Source: Myxococcota bacterium (lineage in GTDB: Bacteria; Myxococcota_A; UBA796; SXON01). From it: a stretch of 37,124 nt of DNA. The notes below the pieces were generated by a model that was given only the letters and a program-made list of their open reading frames with translations, was not told where the DNA came from and made no database searches. The stretch is from assembly GCA_964202365.1 (NCBI GenBank), contig CAXNIN010000003.1, positions 1 through 37,124 of the forward strand, read 5' to 3'. Shown piece by piece: positions 20,751 to 30,204 of the stretch. The position numbers and the translations under genes are program-made. Every line of letters begins with the position of its first letter. Within the stretch, counting starts at the first letter, position 1.

Positions 20751-20836
20751 GGCTCCTGGTTTCGGGCAGCCGCTCCGCGCTGCGGCGGCGGCGGCGGCGC
20801 CCCCACCGGCGGCGGCTCGAGGGGGCTCCGGCGGCG

Positions 20837-21433
20837 CTACTTGCGGCCGATCAGCGACTTGAGGAGGCCCTTCACCGTCGCGCGCAGGCCGGTGGGCTTC
20901 GGCGGCGGCGCGGGGGCGGGGGCGGCGGCGGCGGGCTCCCGCGCGGGCGCGGGCGGCGCGGCCTTGGGCGGCGCGGCCTCGGGGATCGGCCCGGGGACAG
21001 GCCGGGCGACCGCGTTGCCGTTCCGGCCGTGGTCGTGCCCGTGGTCGTGGTCGTGGTCGTGGTCGTGGCTGTGACCGTGGTCGTGCCCGCCGCGCGCGGC
21101 CGGGGCTTCGGGGGCGACCTCGGGGGCCATCACGAGCGGGGCGCCGGCGGTGTCGTCGGCGGGCGCGGCCTTCTTCCGGCCCCGCGCGGGCTTCTCCTTC
21201 ACGGCGGCCTCGGCCACGGCGCGGCCTTCGGACGTGAGCGTGAAGATTTGCCCGTCCCACCCGACGAGGCCGTCGCCGGTGAGGCCCTCCATGAGCTGGC
21301 TGAAGGCCTGGTGCGCGGCGAGGAGCTTCACGCCGCTCCAGTCGTGGAGGGGCCCGATGGCGACGGTGCCGCCCTCCTCGAGCAGGTGCACGAGGATCTT
21401 CTTCCGGCGGGTTTCGTTGATGTCGGCAGCCAC
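20837..21433 (-). CDS. Hypothetical protein: winged-helix-like N-domain, His-Asp repeat, Pro/Ala linker and amphipathic C-terminal helix
   Basis: FSQLMEGLTGDGLV..DGQIFTLTSEGRA matches a wHTH wing pattern. Contains HDHGHSHDHDHDHDHGHDH and ends GLRATVKGLLKSLIGRK. Confidence 0.7.
   Translation of the reverse strand: MAADINETRRKKILVHLLEEGGTVAIGPLHDWSGVKLLAAHQAFSQLMEGLTGDGLVGWDGQIFTLTSEGRAVAEAAVKEKPARGRKKAAPADDTAGAPLVMAPEVAPEAPAARGGHDHGHSHDHDHDHDHGHDHGRNGNAVARPVPGPIPEAAPPKAAPPAPAREPAAAAPAPAPPPKPTGLRATVKGLLKSLIGRK
21029..21085. repeat. GTGGTC hexamer repeat encoding an alternating His-x tract
   Basis: Four perfect GTGGTC copies at 21041-21064 within a 57-nt degenerate tract encoding 10 His in 19 aa. 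Confidence 0.85.
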
Positions 21434-21519
21434 TCGGTCCTCGCGGGGGCCGAGGAGCTAATCACGGGCTCGGCGTCGGGAAGGGCGAACTGCAGGGCCC
21501 GCCTCGTGAACGCCCAAAC

Positions 21520-22302
21520 CTAGGTCTCCTCGTGCTCCACCGGCGGCGCGCGCCCTTCGGCTCGCGCGCGTGCGCGCGCTTGACGGCGGCGCGGCCAGGT
21601 GGCGACCGCCTCGACCGGGCCCGAGAGGACGTGCGTGACGCCGAGGAGCACGAGCACCGTGGAGATGTCGTGGAACGCCCCGATCGCGAGGCACGCCCCG
21701 GCGAACACCACGAGGAACGCCATCATCCCGGGCGACATCTTGAAGGTCTTCATCGTGCGGAACGGCACCGAGCTGACCTGCAGGAAGGCGACGGCGAGCA
21801 CGAAGAGGACGATGCCGAGGGGGTTGGCGGGGGCCGGGTGACCCGAGCGCGCGTGCCACATCACGAGGGAGGACACCGTGCCGCCGCCCATCGTGATCGT
21901 GAGCCCGAGGCTCCACTTGTGGGCCTTGCCGTCGGCCAGGACGTTGAACCGCGCGAGCCGGAACGCGCCCGCGAGCATCAGCGCTCCGGCGACGAACACG
22001 CCGAACGGCCCGTGCGGGGCGAGGCCCCAGAAGTAGACCAGGCAGGCCGGGGCCACGCCGAAGCTGATGATGTCGACGAGCGAGTCGAGCTGCACGCCGA
22101 ACGCGGTGCCGGTGCCGGTCATCCGGGCGACGCGGCCGTCGAGCATGTCGAACACGCCCGCGAAGAAGATCATCAGGCCGGCCTGGTAGTACATGTCCAG
22201 GTTGCCCTGCGCCTGCCCCGCGAGGAGGATGGCGTAGAGCCCGCAGAACAGGCTCGCCGACGTGAACCAGTTCGGCGGGTTCAGGGCCTGCTTGATCATC
22301 AT
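21520..22302 (-). CDS. pssA: CDP-diacylglycerol--serine O-phosphatidyltransferase (CDP-alcohol phosphatidyltransferase family)
   Basis: [12 protein letters not shown], the [34 protein letters not shown] signature, and AFRLARFN. The start overlaps the aspartate kinase stop (ATGATG). Confidence 0.88.
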   Translation of the reverse strand: MMIKQALNPPNWFTSASLFCGLYAILLAGQAQGNLDMYYQAGLMIFFAGVFDMLDGRVARMTGTGTAFGVQLDSLVDIISFGVAPACLVYFWGLAPHGPFGVFVAGALMLAGAFRLARFNVLADGKAHKWSLGLTITMGGGTVSSLVMWHARSGHPAPANPLGIVLFVLAVAFLQVSSVPFRTMKTFKMSPGMMAFLVVFAGACLAIGAFHDISTVLVLLGVTHVLSGPVEAVATWPRRRQARARARAEGRAPPVEHEET

Positions 22303-23387
22303 GAGGCGGGGTTCTCCAGGAGCGCCGCGTGCAGCGTGCGCTCGAGCGCAGCGGCGGCGTCGGGCGTGACGCGGAAGACTACCGCGTCCGCGGCGGCATG
22401 CCACCGTGCCGCGTACGGTCCTGCGGCGGCGAGGATGCGTCGAACCAGGGTCGGGTCGGTGCCGGCGCGCGCGCCGACTACCGCCACGGTGGCCGCGGTC
22501 ACGAGACCGGGGAGGTCAGCGTGGAGGTTCCGACGGTCGAGCAGGAGCCCGTCCGGACCCGCGGTACGGATACACGGCGCGGGGAGCGCGTCGAGCAGCG
22601 TCACCGGCGCCCAGGCGAGCTGGGTGTCGGCGGTGATGGCCACGATCCGGGGCGGCGCGCGGCCCGGATGGATGCGGGTGCCACCCCCTTCCGCGAAGGT
22701 CGCGCTCGCCCGGAGCGTCACCCCCTCCCGGTGCGCCCACGCCACGGCCTCCTCGTACAACACCTTGGCCCCGTTGCCCGCGAGCGCCAGCGCCTCGTCG
22801 AGCGTCAACGCGTCGAGACGAACGGCGCCGGGCACCGCCCGCGGATCGGCGCTGTACACGCCGTCGACGTCGCTGCAGATCTCGCACTCGTCCGCCTGGA
22901 GCGCGGCGGCGAGCACGACAGCGGTGGTGTCGCTCCCGCCGCGGCCGAGCGTGGTCACCTCACGCTCGCGGCTCACCCCCTGGAAGCCCGCCACGATCGC
23001 GACCTCGCCGCGGCCGAGCGCCTCGCGCACCCGGTCGGGGCGCACCTCCACCACGCGGGCGCTCGCGTGGCTGGTGTCCGTGATGATGCCGCTCTGGCTC
23101 CCGGTGAAGGACCGTGCCGGCACGCCCAAGTCCTGGAGCGCCATCGCGAGGAGCGCCATGCTCACGCGCTCTCCGACGCTGATGAGCATGTCGAGCTCAC
23201 GACGGCCCGGCGCGCTGGACACGGTCCGCGCGAGCGCCAGGAGCTCGTTGGTGGTGTTCCCCATCGCGGAGACCACCACGACGACATCGTGCCCCTCGCC
23301 GCGGGCGCGGGCGACACGCATCGCGACGCGACGAAGCTTTTCCACGTCCGCGACAGAGGAACCACCGTACTTCTGGACGAGGAGCAT
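22299..23387 (-). CDS. lysC: Aspartate kinase with a shortened regulatory C-terminus
   Basis: [66 protein letters not shown] and GAKVL. Confidence 0.92.
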   Translation of the reverse strand: MLLVQKYGGSSVADVEKLRRVAMRVARARGEGHDVVVVVSAMGNTTNELLALARTVSSAPGRRELDMLISVGERVSMALLAMALQDLGVPARSFTGSQSGIITDTSHASARVVEVRPDRVREALGRGEVAIVAGFQGVSREREVTTLGRGGSDTTAVVLAAALQADECEICSDVDGVYSADPRAVPGAVRLDALTLDEALALAGNGAKVLYEEAVAWAHREGVTLRASATFAEGGGTRIHPGRAPPRIVAITADTQLAWAPVTLLDALPAPCIRTAGPDGLLLDRRNLHADLPGLVTAATVAVVGARAGTDPTLVRRILAAAGPYAARWHAAADAVVFRVTPDAAAALERTLHAALLENPAS

Positions 23388-24194
23388 CTACCGAATCTCG
23401 AAGGCGTCGACGTAGAGGGTGTTCGCGCCGCGGTCCGGCGAGAGGAGCCCGGTCAAATCCTCGATCTCCACGAGGCGGACAGGGTCGCCCGAGCGCAGCG
23501 CGTTGCCGTGGCCGCCGCGCGCGCCGTCGGTGGAGCGGAACGACGCGATCGGCAGCGTAACGGAGAGCCATTGCCCAGTTGGAACCTGGATTACCGGCGC
23601 ACTGTACCGGCCGCCCGCGCCGTCGCTCATCGTGACGCGAAGCTCCGCCGGGAACGACTGCGCGCGCACCTGGAAGGCGACGCTCGAGACGCGAGAGTCC
23701 GCCGCGATGGCCGCGGAGATGTGGTCCGCCTCGCCCGAGAGCACCGTGGTCTCCCACGCGAGCACGAACCCGCCGTACACGTTCCGCGCCTGCAACTTTC
23801 CCTTCTCGGCGGCCTCCCACGCCCGCACGAACGCGCCGGGGTCTCCCCCGTCGAACCCGAAGGTGGCCGGGAGGGTGCGCACCGCGCGCTCGTGCAGCTC
23901 GATCCTACCGAGGAGCGCGGCCGCTTGCGGGCGCACGTCGCCCTCGCCGACCGCGATCCGGAGGGCCGTGATCGCCCCCTCGGTGTCCCCGAGGCCGTAG
24001 CGGGTGCGGCCCAACCAGTACCAGGCCGTGCCGTAGAGGGGGTCGTCCGCCCGGAGATCGCCGACGAGCTCCTCGTAGTACAGAACGGCCACCTCGGGCG
24101 TGCCGTCGGCCGCCTCGACGAGGCGGGCGTCGTAAAGCGTCTCCCACTCCTGCGCGGGGTCGGCCGCGAGGGCGAAGGCGGCGAGGAGGATCAC
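23388..24194 (-). CDS. Exported protein with a TPR-like N-domain and a beta-sandwich (CBM/CIA30-like) C-domain
   Basis: Signal MILLAAFALA, TPR AWYWLGRTRYGLGD, and C-terminal VAFQVRA..LRVTMSD..GQWLSVTLPIASF...TLYVDAFEIR. GTGA overlap with the response regulator stop. Confidence 0.7.
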   Translation of the reverse strand: MILLAAFALAADPAQEWETLYDARLVEAADGTPEVAVLYYEELVGDLRADDPLYGTAWYWLGRTRYGLGDTEGAITALRIAVGEGDVRPQAAALLGRIELHERAVRTLPATFGFDGGDPGAFVRAWEAAEKGKLQARNVYGGFVLAWETTVLSGEADHISAAIAADSRVSSVAFQVRAQSFPAELRVTMSDGAGGRYSAPVIQVPTGQWLSVTLPIASFRSTDGARGGHGNALRSGDPVRLVEIEDLTGLLSPDRGANTLYVDAFEIR

Positions 24195-24892
24195 CCCTCC
24201 TCCCCGACGAACTTGTAGCCGATGCCGTGGTAGGTCTCGATGAAGCGGGGAGAGCCGGCGTCGTCCCTGAGTTTCTTGCGGACGTTGAGGATATGGGTGT
24301 CGACGGTACGCGTCGTGACGCCCGCGCTGTACTTCCAGATGCTCGCGAGCAGCTCTTCGCGGCCGAGCACCTTGCCCCGGTGCTCGATGAGGTACCGGAG
24401 CAACTCCTGCTCGCGGTTGGAGAGCCGCTCCACCTCTTCCCCGTGTCGAATCAGGTAGTTGTCGAGATCGACCTCGATGTGGGCGTAGCGGTACACGCTC
24501 TTGCCGCCCCCAGCACGCTTGAGCACCGCGTTCACGCGCGCGCGCAGCTCGAGGAGCGAGAACGGCTTCGTGATGTAGTCGTCCGCGCCGAGGTCGAACG
24601 CGAGGAGCTTGTCGTGCTCGAGCGTTCGCGCCGTCAGGAGGATCACGGGCCCCGCGAAGCCGGTACGCCGGAGCTCCGAAAGGATCTGGAACCCGTCGAA
24701 GCTGCCGGGGCCCTCGGGGCCCTCGTGCAACATCACGTCGAGCACGGCGATGTCGACCTTGTGTTTCGACGCGATGTCCAACCCGGCGCGGCCACCGCGC
24801 GCGTGGAACACCTCGAAGCCTTCTCGGGTAAAGAAGGCGACGAGCGACGAGAGAAGGTCCTCCTCGTCTTCGACGAACAGGATTCGGGCCAT
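24191..24892 (-). CDS. OmpR/PhoB-family response regulator
   Basis: ILFVEDE, VLDVML, ILLTAR, GADDYITKPFS, and wHTH LSNREQELL...TRTVDTHILNVRKKL...IETYHGIGYKF. Confidence 0.96.
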   Translation of the reverse strand: MARILFVEDEEDLLSSLVAFFTREGFEVFHARGGRAGLDIASKHKVDIAVLDVMLHEGPEGPGSFDGFQILSELRRTGFAGPVILLTARTLEHDKLLAFDLGADDYITKPFSLLELRARVNAVLKRAGGGKSVYRYAHIEVDLDNYLIRHGEEVERLSNREQELLRYLIEHRGKVLGREELLASIWKYSAGVTTRTVDTHILNVRKKLRDDAGSPRFIETYHGIGYKFVGEEG

Positions 24893-24902
24893 CGGTGGGC
24901 TC

Positions 24903-26981
24903 CTACGCGTTGGGCCCGAGCGGGCGAAGCGGGAAGTGAAGCGTGAAGGTCGTACCGCGACCGAGCGCCGAGCGGATGCTCACGCGCCCCCCGTGGGCTT
25001 CCATGATGTATTTCACGATGGTCAGCCCGATGCCAGTCCCCTTCTTACGACGAGCGAGAGGATCGGAGCTGCGGTAGTACTGTTCGAACACCTGCCGCTG
25101 TTCCGCGGGCGAAATGCCGATTCCGCCGTCGGAGACGGCCACCTGCACCTCATCCGGGTGCTGGGTGACATCGACCGTGATCCAGCCGGCATCCTGCCCG
25201 TACTTCGCGGCGTTCGAAAGCAGGTTCGTGAGCACCTGGCTCACAGCGTCGGCGTCGTGCCAAACGACGGGCAAGTCTTCGGGCAACGTGAGCCGGATGT
25301 CCATCCCGCGCGTCTCCATGGCGACGCTCGCGGCCTCCACCATCCGGGCCGCGGTGGCGCCGATGTCGCCCGGCCGGAAGGTGTACTTCTTGCGCCCGCG
25401 CTCGATGGCGGCGAAGTCGAGCACGTTGTCGACGAGGTGCGAGAGGCGCTCGGCCTCGCGGACGATCACATCGTAGTGGCGCGCCCGCGACGGCTCGTCC
25501 GGCGCCAGCCCGAGCTGGAGCGCTTCTGCTTTGAGCCGAATCTGGGTGATCGGCGAGCGGAGCTCGTGGGAGACGTTCGCCGCGAAGTCCGACTTGTCGC
25601 GCGCGACCTCGAGCTCGCGCTGCACGAGGCGCGCGGAGAGCACGGTGCCGACCGAGATCATGAGGATGGAGAGCAGGATGATGCCGAGCCCGCGCGTGCG
25701 CTCCTCCGCCTGCCGGCGAGACAGCTGCTCGGGATCGCGCGGAAACACGCCGATGGACCAGCCGGGCAGCCACGGGGCGAGGCTCCGCCGGGCGAGGAGC
25801 GCGTCCCGGGCCGGGTCGTCGGGGCCGCGGATCTCCGCCACCACGTCGCTGTCCGGGCCCGCGGCCCGCTCGGCGATTCGGGAGAGCTGTTCGATCGTCG
25901 CGGAGAGTTCGAAGGCGAAGACGTACTGGTCCTCGTCTGTCCACGTGGTGGCCCAGAGCGCGTTCTCGGTGCGGGTGTAGGAGAACTCCCGGGGGTTGAC
26001 GCGCAACATCCGGCCGCGGGCGCCGAGCGTCTCCAGCTCGGGCCGAAGCCGCTCTGCCCAGAAGAGCTGGGTGGACTTGTCTTCGAGGCGCCCGCGGGCC
26101 CGACCGAGCCACTCGGCGTTCGCCTTGCCGGCGATCAGGTCTATGCCGCGCCGCGCGACCGCGGCCTCTCCGCCGCGCCCGATGATCCACGGCTCCGCGA
26201 GGAGTACCTCGACGTGTTCGCGAACGAAGGCCTCGCCGCCCACGGGGTCTCGCCCGAGCAGGAGCTCGCCGAGCTTGAGGCGGGCAAGGTCGCCAAGGCG
26301 GAAGCCGTACGCGTCGCGCACGGCCGCGTAGCCATTGAGCACGTCGGTGAAGAGCTGCTCCGCGAACTGGATGTCCCCCGCGCGGAGCGCGGCGTTGGCG
26401 CGGGCGTAGATCGCCTGCCCGACGAGGTCCGGCGCGCGGGCGTCGCGGGCGGCCTGCGCGAAGAGCGAGGCGGCACGCCCGTAGTCCTTGGCCCGCTCCG
26501 CGCGGAGAGCGGCCTGCCAGGGCGCGAAGAAGAACAGCTCCTGGTCCTCGGCGGGGTCGACGCCGTCGGGCGGGAGCGGCGAGACGAGCTTGCCCTCCGC
26601 GTCGAACCGGTAGACGACCCGGAGAGAATCCGAGATTTCGCGCACGCCCGCGGCCACTGACTGGCCCGCCTTGAGGCGGTTCAACGTGGCGTCCTCGAAC
26701 GACTGGAACTGGGCCTCGGCACCGAGCTGGAAGAGGTCGGCGGCCGCGGTCGCGATGCGCTCGACCTCGGCCATGCCGGCGCGCTGCTGGGCCCGAATGC
26801 CCGCCACGCCGTAGTAGGCGAGGAGCAAGCCCGGGAGCACGATGGTGGCGGCGAAGATGCCCACGAAGGTGAGGACCCCGCGCAGGTGGTAGACATCGAC
26901 CTTGGCGCGCACGTCGCCGCGACGCGCCGCGAGCACGCGGCGGATCAGACGGAGGGGGCCGAGGCTCTTGTCGTCGTCCAC
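24903..26981 (-). CDS. Sensor histidine kinase with a large TPR-like extracytoplasmic domain
   Basis: Two TM helices, H-box FAANVSHELRSPIT, N-box NLLSNAAKY, DGGIGI, F-box and GTGIGL. Confidence 0.95.
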   Translation of the reverse strand: MDDDKSLGPLRLIRRVLAARRGDVRAKVDVYHLRGVLTFVGIFAATIVLPGLLLAYYGVAGIRAQQRAGMAEVERIATAAADLFQLGAEAQFQSFEDATLNRLKAGQSVAAGVREISDSLRVVYRFDAEGKLVSPLPPDGVDPAEDQELFFFAPWQAALRAERAKDYGRAASLFAQAARDARAPDLVGQAIYARANAALRAGDIQFAEQLFTDVLNGYAAVRDAYGFRLGDLARLKLGELLLGRDPVGGEAFVREHVEVLLAEPWIIGRGGEAAVARRGIDLIAGKANAEWLGRARGRLEDKSTQLFWAERLRPELETLGARGRMLRVNPREFSYTRTENALWATTWTDEDQYVFAFELSATIEQLSRIAERAAGPDSDVVAEIRGPDDPARDALLARRSLAPWLPGWSIGVFPRDPEQLSRRQAEERTRGLGIILLSILMISVGTVLSARLVQRELEVARDKSDFAANVSHELRSPITQIRLKAEALQLGLAPDEPSRARHYDVIVREAERLSHLVDNVLDFAAIERGRKKYTFRPGDIGATAARMVEAASVAMETRGMDIRLTLPEDLPVVWHDADAVSQVLTNLLSNAAKYGQDAGWITVDVTQHPDEVQVAVSDGGIGISPAEQRQVFEQYYRSSDPLARRKKGTGIGLTIVKYIMEAHGGRVSIRSALGRGTTFTLHFPLRPLGPNA

Positions 26982-27063
26982 GCCCGGATGCTAACGCGCG
27001 GGCTCTGCCGGCTTCCGAACGGATCGGGCCAAGGGGGTCGGCAGGTGATACCCACCGCCCCCC

Positions 27064-28083
27064 ATGTCGCGCTACGCCATCGTGATCGCGGCCCACGGAG
27101 GGCCCGAGGCTCTTCGTGTGCGCCCGCTTCCACCCGTTCAACCGGGCCCGGGGGAGGTGCGCGTCCGCGTCACGCACGTTGCGCTCAACCACCTCGACCT
27201 GTGGGTTCGACGCGGGGTGCCGGGGCACGATTTCCACCTTCCGCGCATCCCCGGAAGCGACGTCGCCGGCGTTCTCCTCGACCCCACGCCCGCGCTCCCG
27301 GCGGGTACGGCCGTCGTGCTCCACCCGTCCTGGGGGTGCGGAAGTTGCGCGGCGTGCCTGGGCGGCCATCAGGACAGGTGCCGCGCCTTCCGCATCCGCG
27401 GCGAGAACACCGACGGCGGCTGCGCGACGGAGGTGGTGGTGCCCGCGTGGCAGGTGCTCCCCGTCCCCGACACGCTCTCCCCGGCCGAAGCCGCGTCGCT
27501 CCCGCTCACGCTGTTGACCGCCTGGCACATGCTCGTGTCGCGCGCCCGCCTCGCCCGCGGCGAGCGGGTGCTCGTCCAGGCGGGCGGCAGCGGGGTCGGC
27601 GTGATGGCGATCCAGATCGCGCGGCTCTACGGGTGCGACGTTCACGCCACGGCGTCCACGCCGGAGCGCCGCGCCCGCCTCGCGGAGCTCGGCGCCACCC
27701 CCTGGGCGTACGACGCCATCGGCGTGCGCGACGTGGACGTGGTGGTCGAGAGCGTGGGCGTCACGACCTGGAACGCATCGCTGCGCGCGCTCGCCTGGGG
27801 CGGGCGACTGGTGTGTTGCGGCGCGACGGCGGGGGCGGATGTGCCCCTGAACCTGCGCGCCGTCTTCTTCAAGCAGCTCGAGGTGATCGGGTCGACCATG
27901 GGCAGCGCGTCCGAGCTCCTCGACGCGTGGCGCGAAGTCCGCGCGGGCCGTATCCGGCCGGTGGTCGACCGCGTTCTCCCGATGTCCCGCATCGCCGACG
28001 CCCACGCCGTGCTCGCCTCCCGCGGGGCGTTCGGCAAGGTGGTGCTCGAGCAGGATCTACCTACTTCGGAGGTTACCCCGTGA
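27064..28083 (+). CDS. Medium-chain dehydrogenase/reductase (Zn-binding ADH / quinone oxidoreductase-like)
   Basis: HGGPEAL, ALNHLDLW, PGSDVAG, structural-Zn CGSCAACLGGHQDRC, QAGGSGVG and FGKVVL. Confidence 0.9.
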   Translation: MSRYAIVIAAHGGPEALRVRPLPPVQPGPGEVRVRVTHVALNHLDLWVRRGVPGHDFHLPRIPGSDVAGVLLDPTPALPAGTAVVLHPSWGCGSCAACLGGHQDRCRAFRIRGENTDGGCATEVVVPAWQVLPVPDTLSPAEAASLPLTLLTAWHMLVSRARLARGERVLVQAGGSGVGVMAIQIARLYGCDVHATASTPERRARLAELGATPWAYDAIGVRDVDVVVESVGVTTWNASLRALAWGGRLVCCGATAGADVPLNLRAVFFKQLEVIGSTMGSASELLDAWREVRAGRIRPVVDRVLPMSRIADAHAVLASRGAFGKVVLEQDLPTSEVTP

Positions 28084-29033
28084 GCGACGACGAACCCCGC
28101 AACGAGCTCGGCGAGGGCCGCCCGAGCGGCTACCGCCCCACCCACGCATGGCCCAGATGGACCGACGGCCCCGGCGCGGGCGGCACGTGGAAGGCCTCCC
28201 CCGAGGACTTCCAGGTCACCGAGCTCCCGCTCGTACCCCCGACGGGGAGCGGCGAACACCAGTGGTTCCGCATCGAGAAGGTGGGCCTGACCACGCTCGA
28301 TGTCGCCGACGCCCTCGCGCAGGCCGCGGACGTGGGCCCCGATCGCGTCGGCTACGCCGGGCTCAAGGACCGCTTCGCCAAGACCGTGCAGGACTTCACC
28401 GTGCACTTCGGGAGGGAGGTCACCGACCTGCCGCCCGGGATGCGCATCGTGGAGCGCTCGATGACCGCGCGGCGCCTGCGCTCCGGCCAGCTCCTCGGCA
28501 ACCACTTCGACTTGTTCGTTCGGGGCGGCGACGCCGTCGTCGCGCGGGCGCGGCTCGATCGGCTCCGCGCCACCGGCATGCCCAACTACTACGGCACCCA
28601 GCGTGTCGGCGGCACCGCGCCCGCCGACGGACGGGCCGTGCTGCTCGGCACGGGCCCGCGGCTCCGGCACAGCCAGCTCAAGTTCGTGCTGTCGGCCTAC
28701 CAGTCGCTCCTGTTCAATCGGGTGCTCGCCGAGCGCGGCTCGGCGCGCCTCGACGGCGACCTCGACGAGGACGGCATCCCCACCGGCCCGATGTTCGGGC
28801 CCACCATGCGCACCCCGTCGGGGGAAGCCCTGGCGCTCGAGCAGCGAATTCTTGCCGCGGAGGGGCTCCCCCGCAACGTATGGAGCCGCTTCGAGCGACT
28901 CACCCAGGGCACCCGGCGCAAGCTCTGGGCGCCCGTGGTGGCCGTGCTCGAAGACGTGGCTGACGGGTTCTGGCTCCGGTTCGACCTCCCTGCGGGCAGC
29001 TACGCGACCGAGCTGCTCGAAGAAGTGCTCTGA
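28080..29033 (+). CDS. truD: tRNA pseudouridine(13) synthase TruD
   Basis: PEDFQVTE, GEHQWFRIEK, GYAGLKD (catalytic Asp), GNHF, PNYYGTQR, SAYQSLLFN and LPAGSYAT. GTG 28080 overlaps the upstream TGA, with a GGAGG RBS. Confidence 0.93.
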   Translation: MSDDEPRNELGEGRPSGYRPTHAWPRWTDGPGAGGTWKASPEDFQVTELPLVPPTGSGEHQWFRIEKVGLTTLDVADALAQAADVGPDRVGYAGLKDRFAKTVQDFTVHFGREVTDLPPGMRIVERSMTARRLRSGQLLGNHFDLFVRGGDAVVARARLDRLRATGMPNYYGTQRVGGTAPADGRAVLLGTGPRLRHSQLKFVLSAYQSLLFNRVLAERGSARLDGDLDEDGIPTGPMFGPTMRTPSGEALALEQRILAAEGLPRNVWSRFERLTQGTRRKLWAPVVAVLEDVADGFWLRFDLPAGSYATELLEEVL

Positions 29034-29040
29034 GCGGCGC

Positions 29041-29520
29041 TCAGAAGTAGAAGCGGGCTCCGAGCGCCGTCCGCGGCGCGAAGAGCCCGAAACCGGCGAA
29101 CTTCCCGATGCTGTCGTACGCGTTGACCGGGTAAAGCCCGACACCCACGTCGCCGAAGATGCTCAGCGGGATGTCCTCGAACTGCAGATCCGCACCGATG
29201 CCGCCGCCGACCCCGAACACCGCCGGGTAGTTTCCGTAGTACGTCCACAGGCCCAGGTCGAGGCCCGCGGCCCAGTAGAGGTCGAGGTTCGCCCAGCCCC
29301 AGTTGCCGACGGGGTAGAACTCGCGCTCGTAGTTGGCGCGCAGGCCCTGATAGAGCCAGGAGTTTCCGATGTAGCCGGAAATTCCCGACTTCTCATCGAG
29401 GTAGTACTTCCCGGTGATGGAGAAATAGTGCGCCCCGGACGCGATGCCGATCCCGAACTTCTTGGACGTTCCGATCTCCGTGGCGAAGACGGTCGACGAG
29501 AGCAGCAGAGCGGTCAGCAC
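29041..29520 (-). CDS. Small outer-membrane beta-barrel protein (DUF3996-like)
   Basis: AGGAGG RBS, signal MLTALLLSSTVFA, FGIGIASG..SITGKYYL, and C-terminal ALGARFYF (BAM-type terminal Phe). Confidence 0.8.
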   Translation of the reverse strand: MLTALLLSSTVFATEIGTSKKFGIGIASGAHYFSITGKYYLDEKSGISGYIGNSWLYQGLRANYEREFYPVGNWGWANLDLYWAAGLDLGLWTYYGNYPAVFGVGGGIGADLQFEDIPLSIFGDVGVGLYPVNAYDSIGKFAGFGLFAPRTALGARFYF

Positions 29521-29645
29521 GCGATACCTCCTGGGGAAACCCTGCCTTGCACTAACCCGCAGAAAGAGCCTCGTAGCTACGGTCGCGTTACACCCAGCCT
29601 GCTCGGCTTCCGAGCGCTTCTCCCTTCCCCGATGGGCACTCCCCG

Positions 29646-30104
29646 ATGAAGAACGCTTTCCTTGCCCTGGCCGCCTTCGCGACCCTCGCCGGCTGCAACC
29701 TCAAGTCGCACACCTTCCCGGGCGCTCCGCTCCCCTTCGCCAGCGTCGATTACGACGTCATGGGCGCTACCAGCGCCGAGGCGTGCGGCACCTACATCTT
29801 CGGGATTGACTTCGGTCACCTCTTCACCGACCAGCAGGGCTCCACCGGCGGCGGCGGCGGTGGCGACCCCCTGTCCATGATCCTCGGCATGCTCCCCATC
29901 GGTGGCCCCTCCCCCGAGGCCGCCCGCGCGCTCTACGACGCGATGGAGAAGATGCCCGAGGCGACCAACCTCTACGCCCCCAAGGTCCACGAGACCGTCA
30001 CGGGCCTCTCCCCGTTCGGCACCCCGATCTTCGGCCAGCGCTGCGCCGAAGTCGAAGCCCGCGGCGTGAAGCTCGGCAAGGGCCCGGTCCCGAACGCCAA
30101 CTAA
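29646..30104 (+). CDS. Lipoprotein (TRL-like small envelope protein)
   Basis: MKN..LAGC lipobox. GATSAEACGTYIFG...ALYDAMEK...FGQRCAEVEARG with two Cys that could pair. Confidence 0.75.
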   Translation: MKNAFLALAAFATLAGCNLKSHTFPGAPLPFASVDYDVMGATSAEACGTYIFGIDFGHLFTDQQGSTGGGGGGDPLSMILGMLPIGGPSPEAARALYDAMEKMPEATNLYAPKVHETVTGLSPFGTPIFGQRCAEVEARGVKLGKGPVPNAN

Positions 30105-30204
30105 GGCGCTCGGACCCGGCCCCGCCCGCGGGGGCCACCCGGCCACGCCCTCCCCGGTTCGTCCGGCGGAGGGCGTGTTCGTTTTCGCGTGCGCCCGCGC
30201 GCGC

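Noticed and set aside
20751-20836. (GGC)n run between convergent genes
   Set aside because: Low-complexity GC sequence with no clear terminator or repeat-family evidence.
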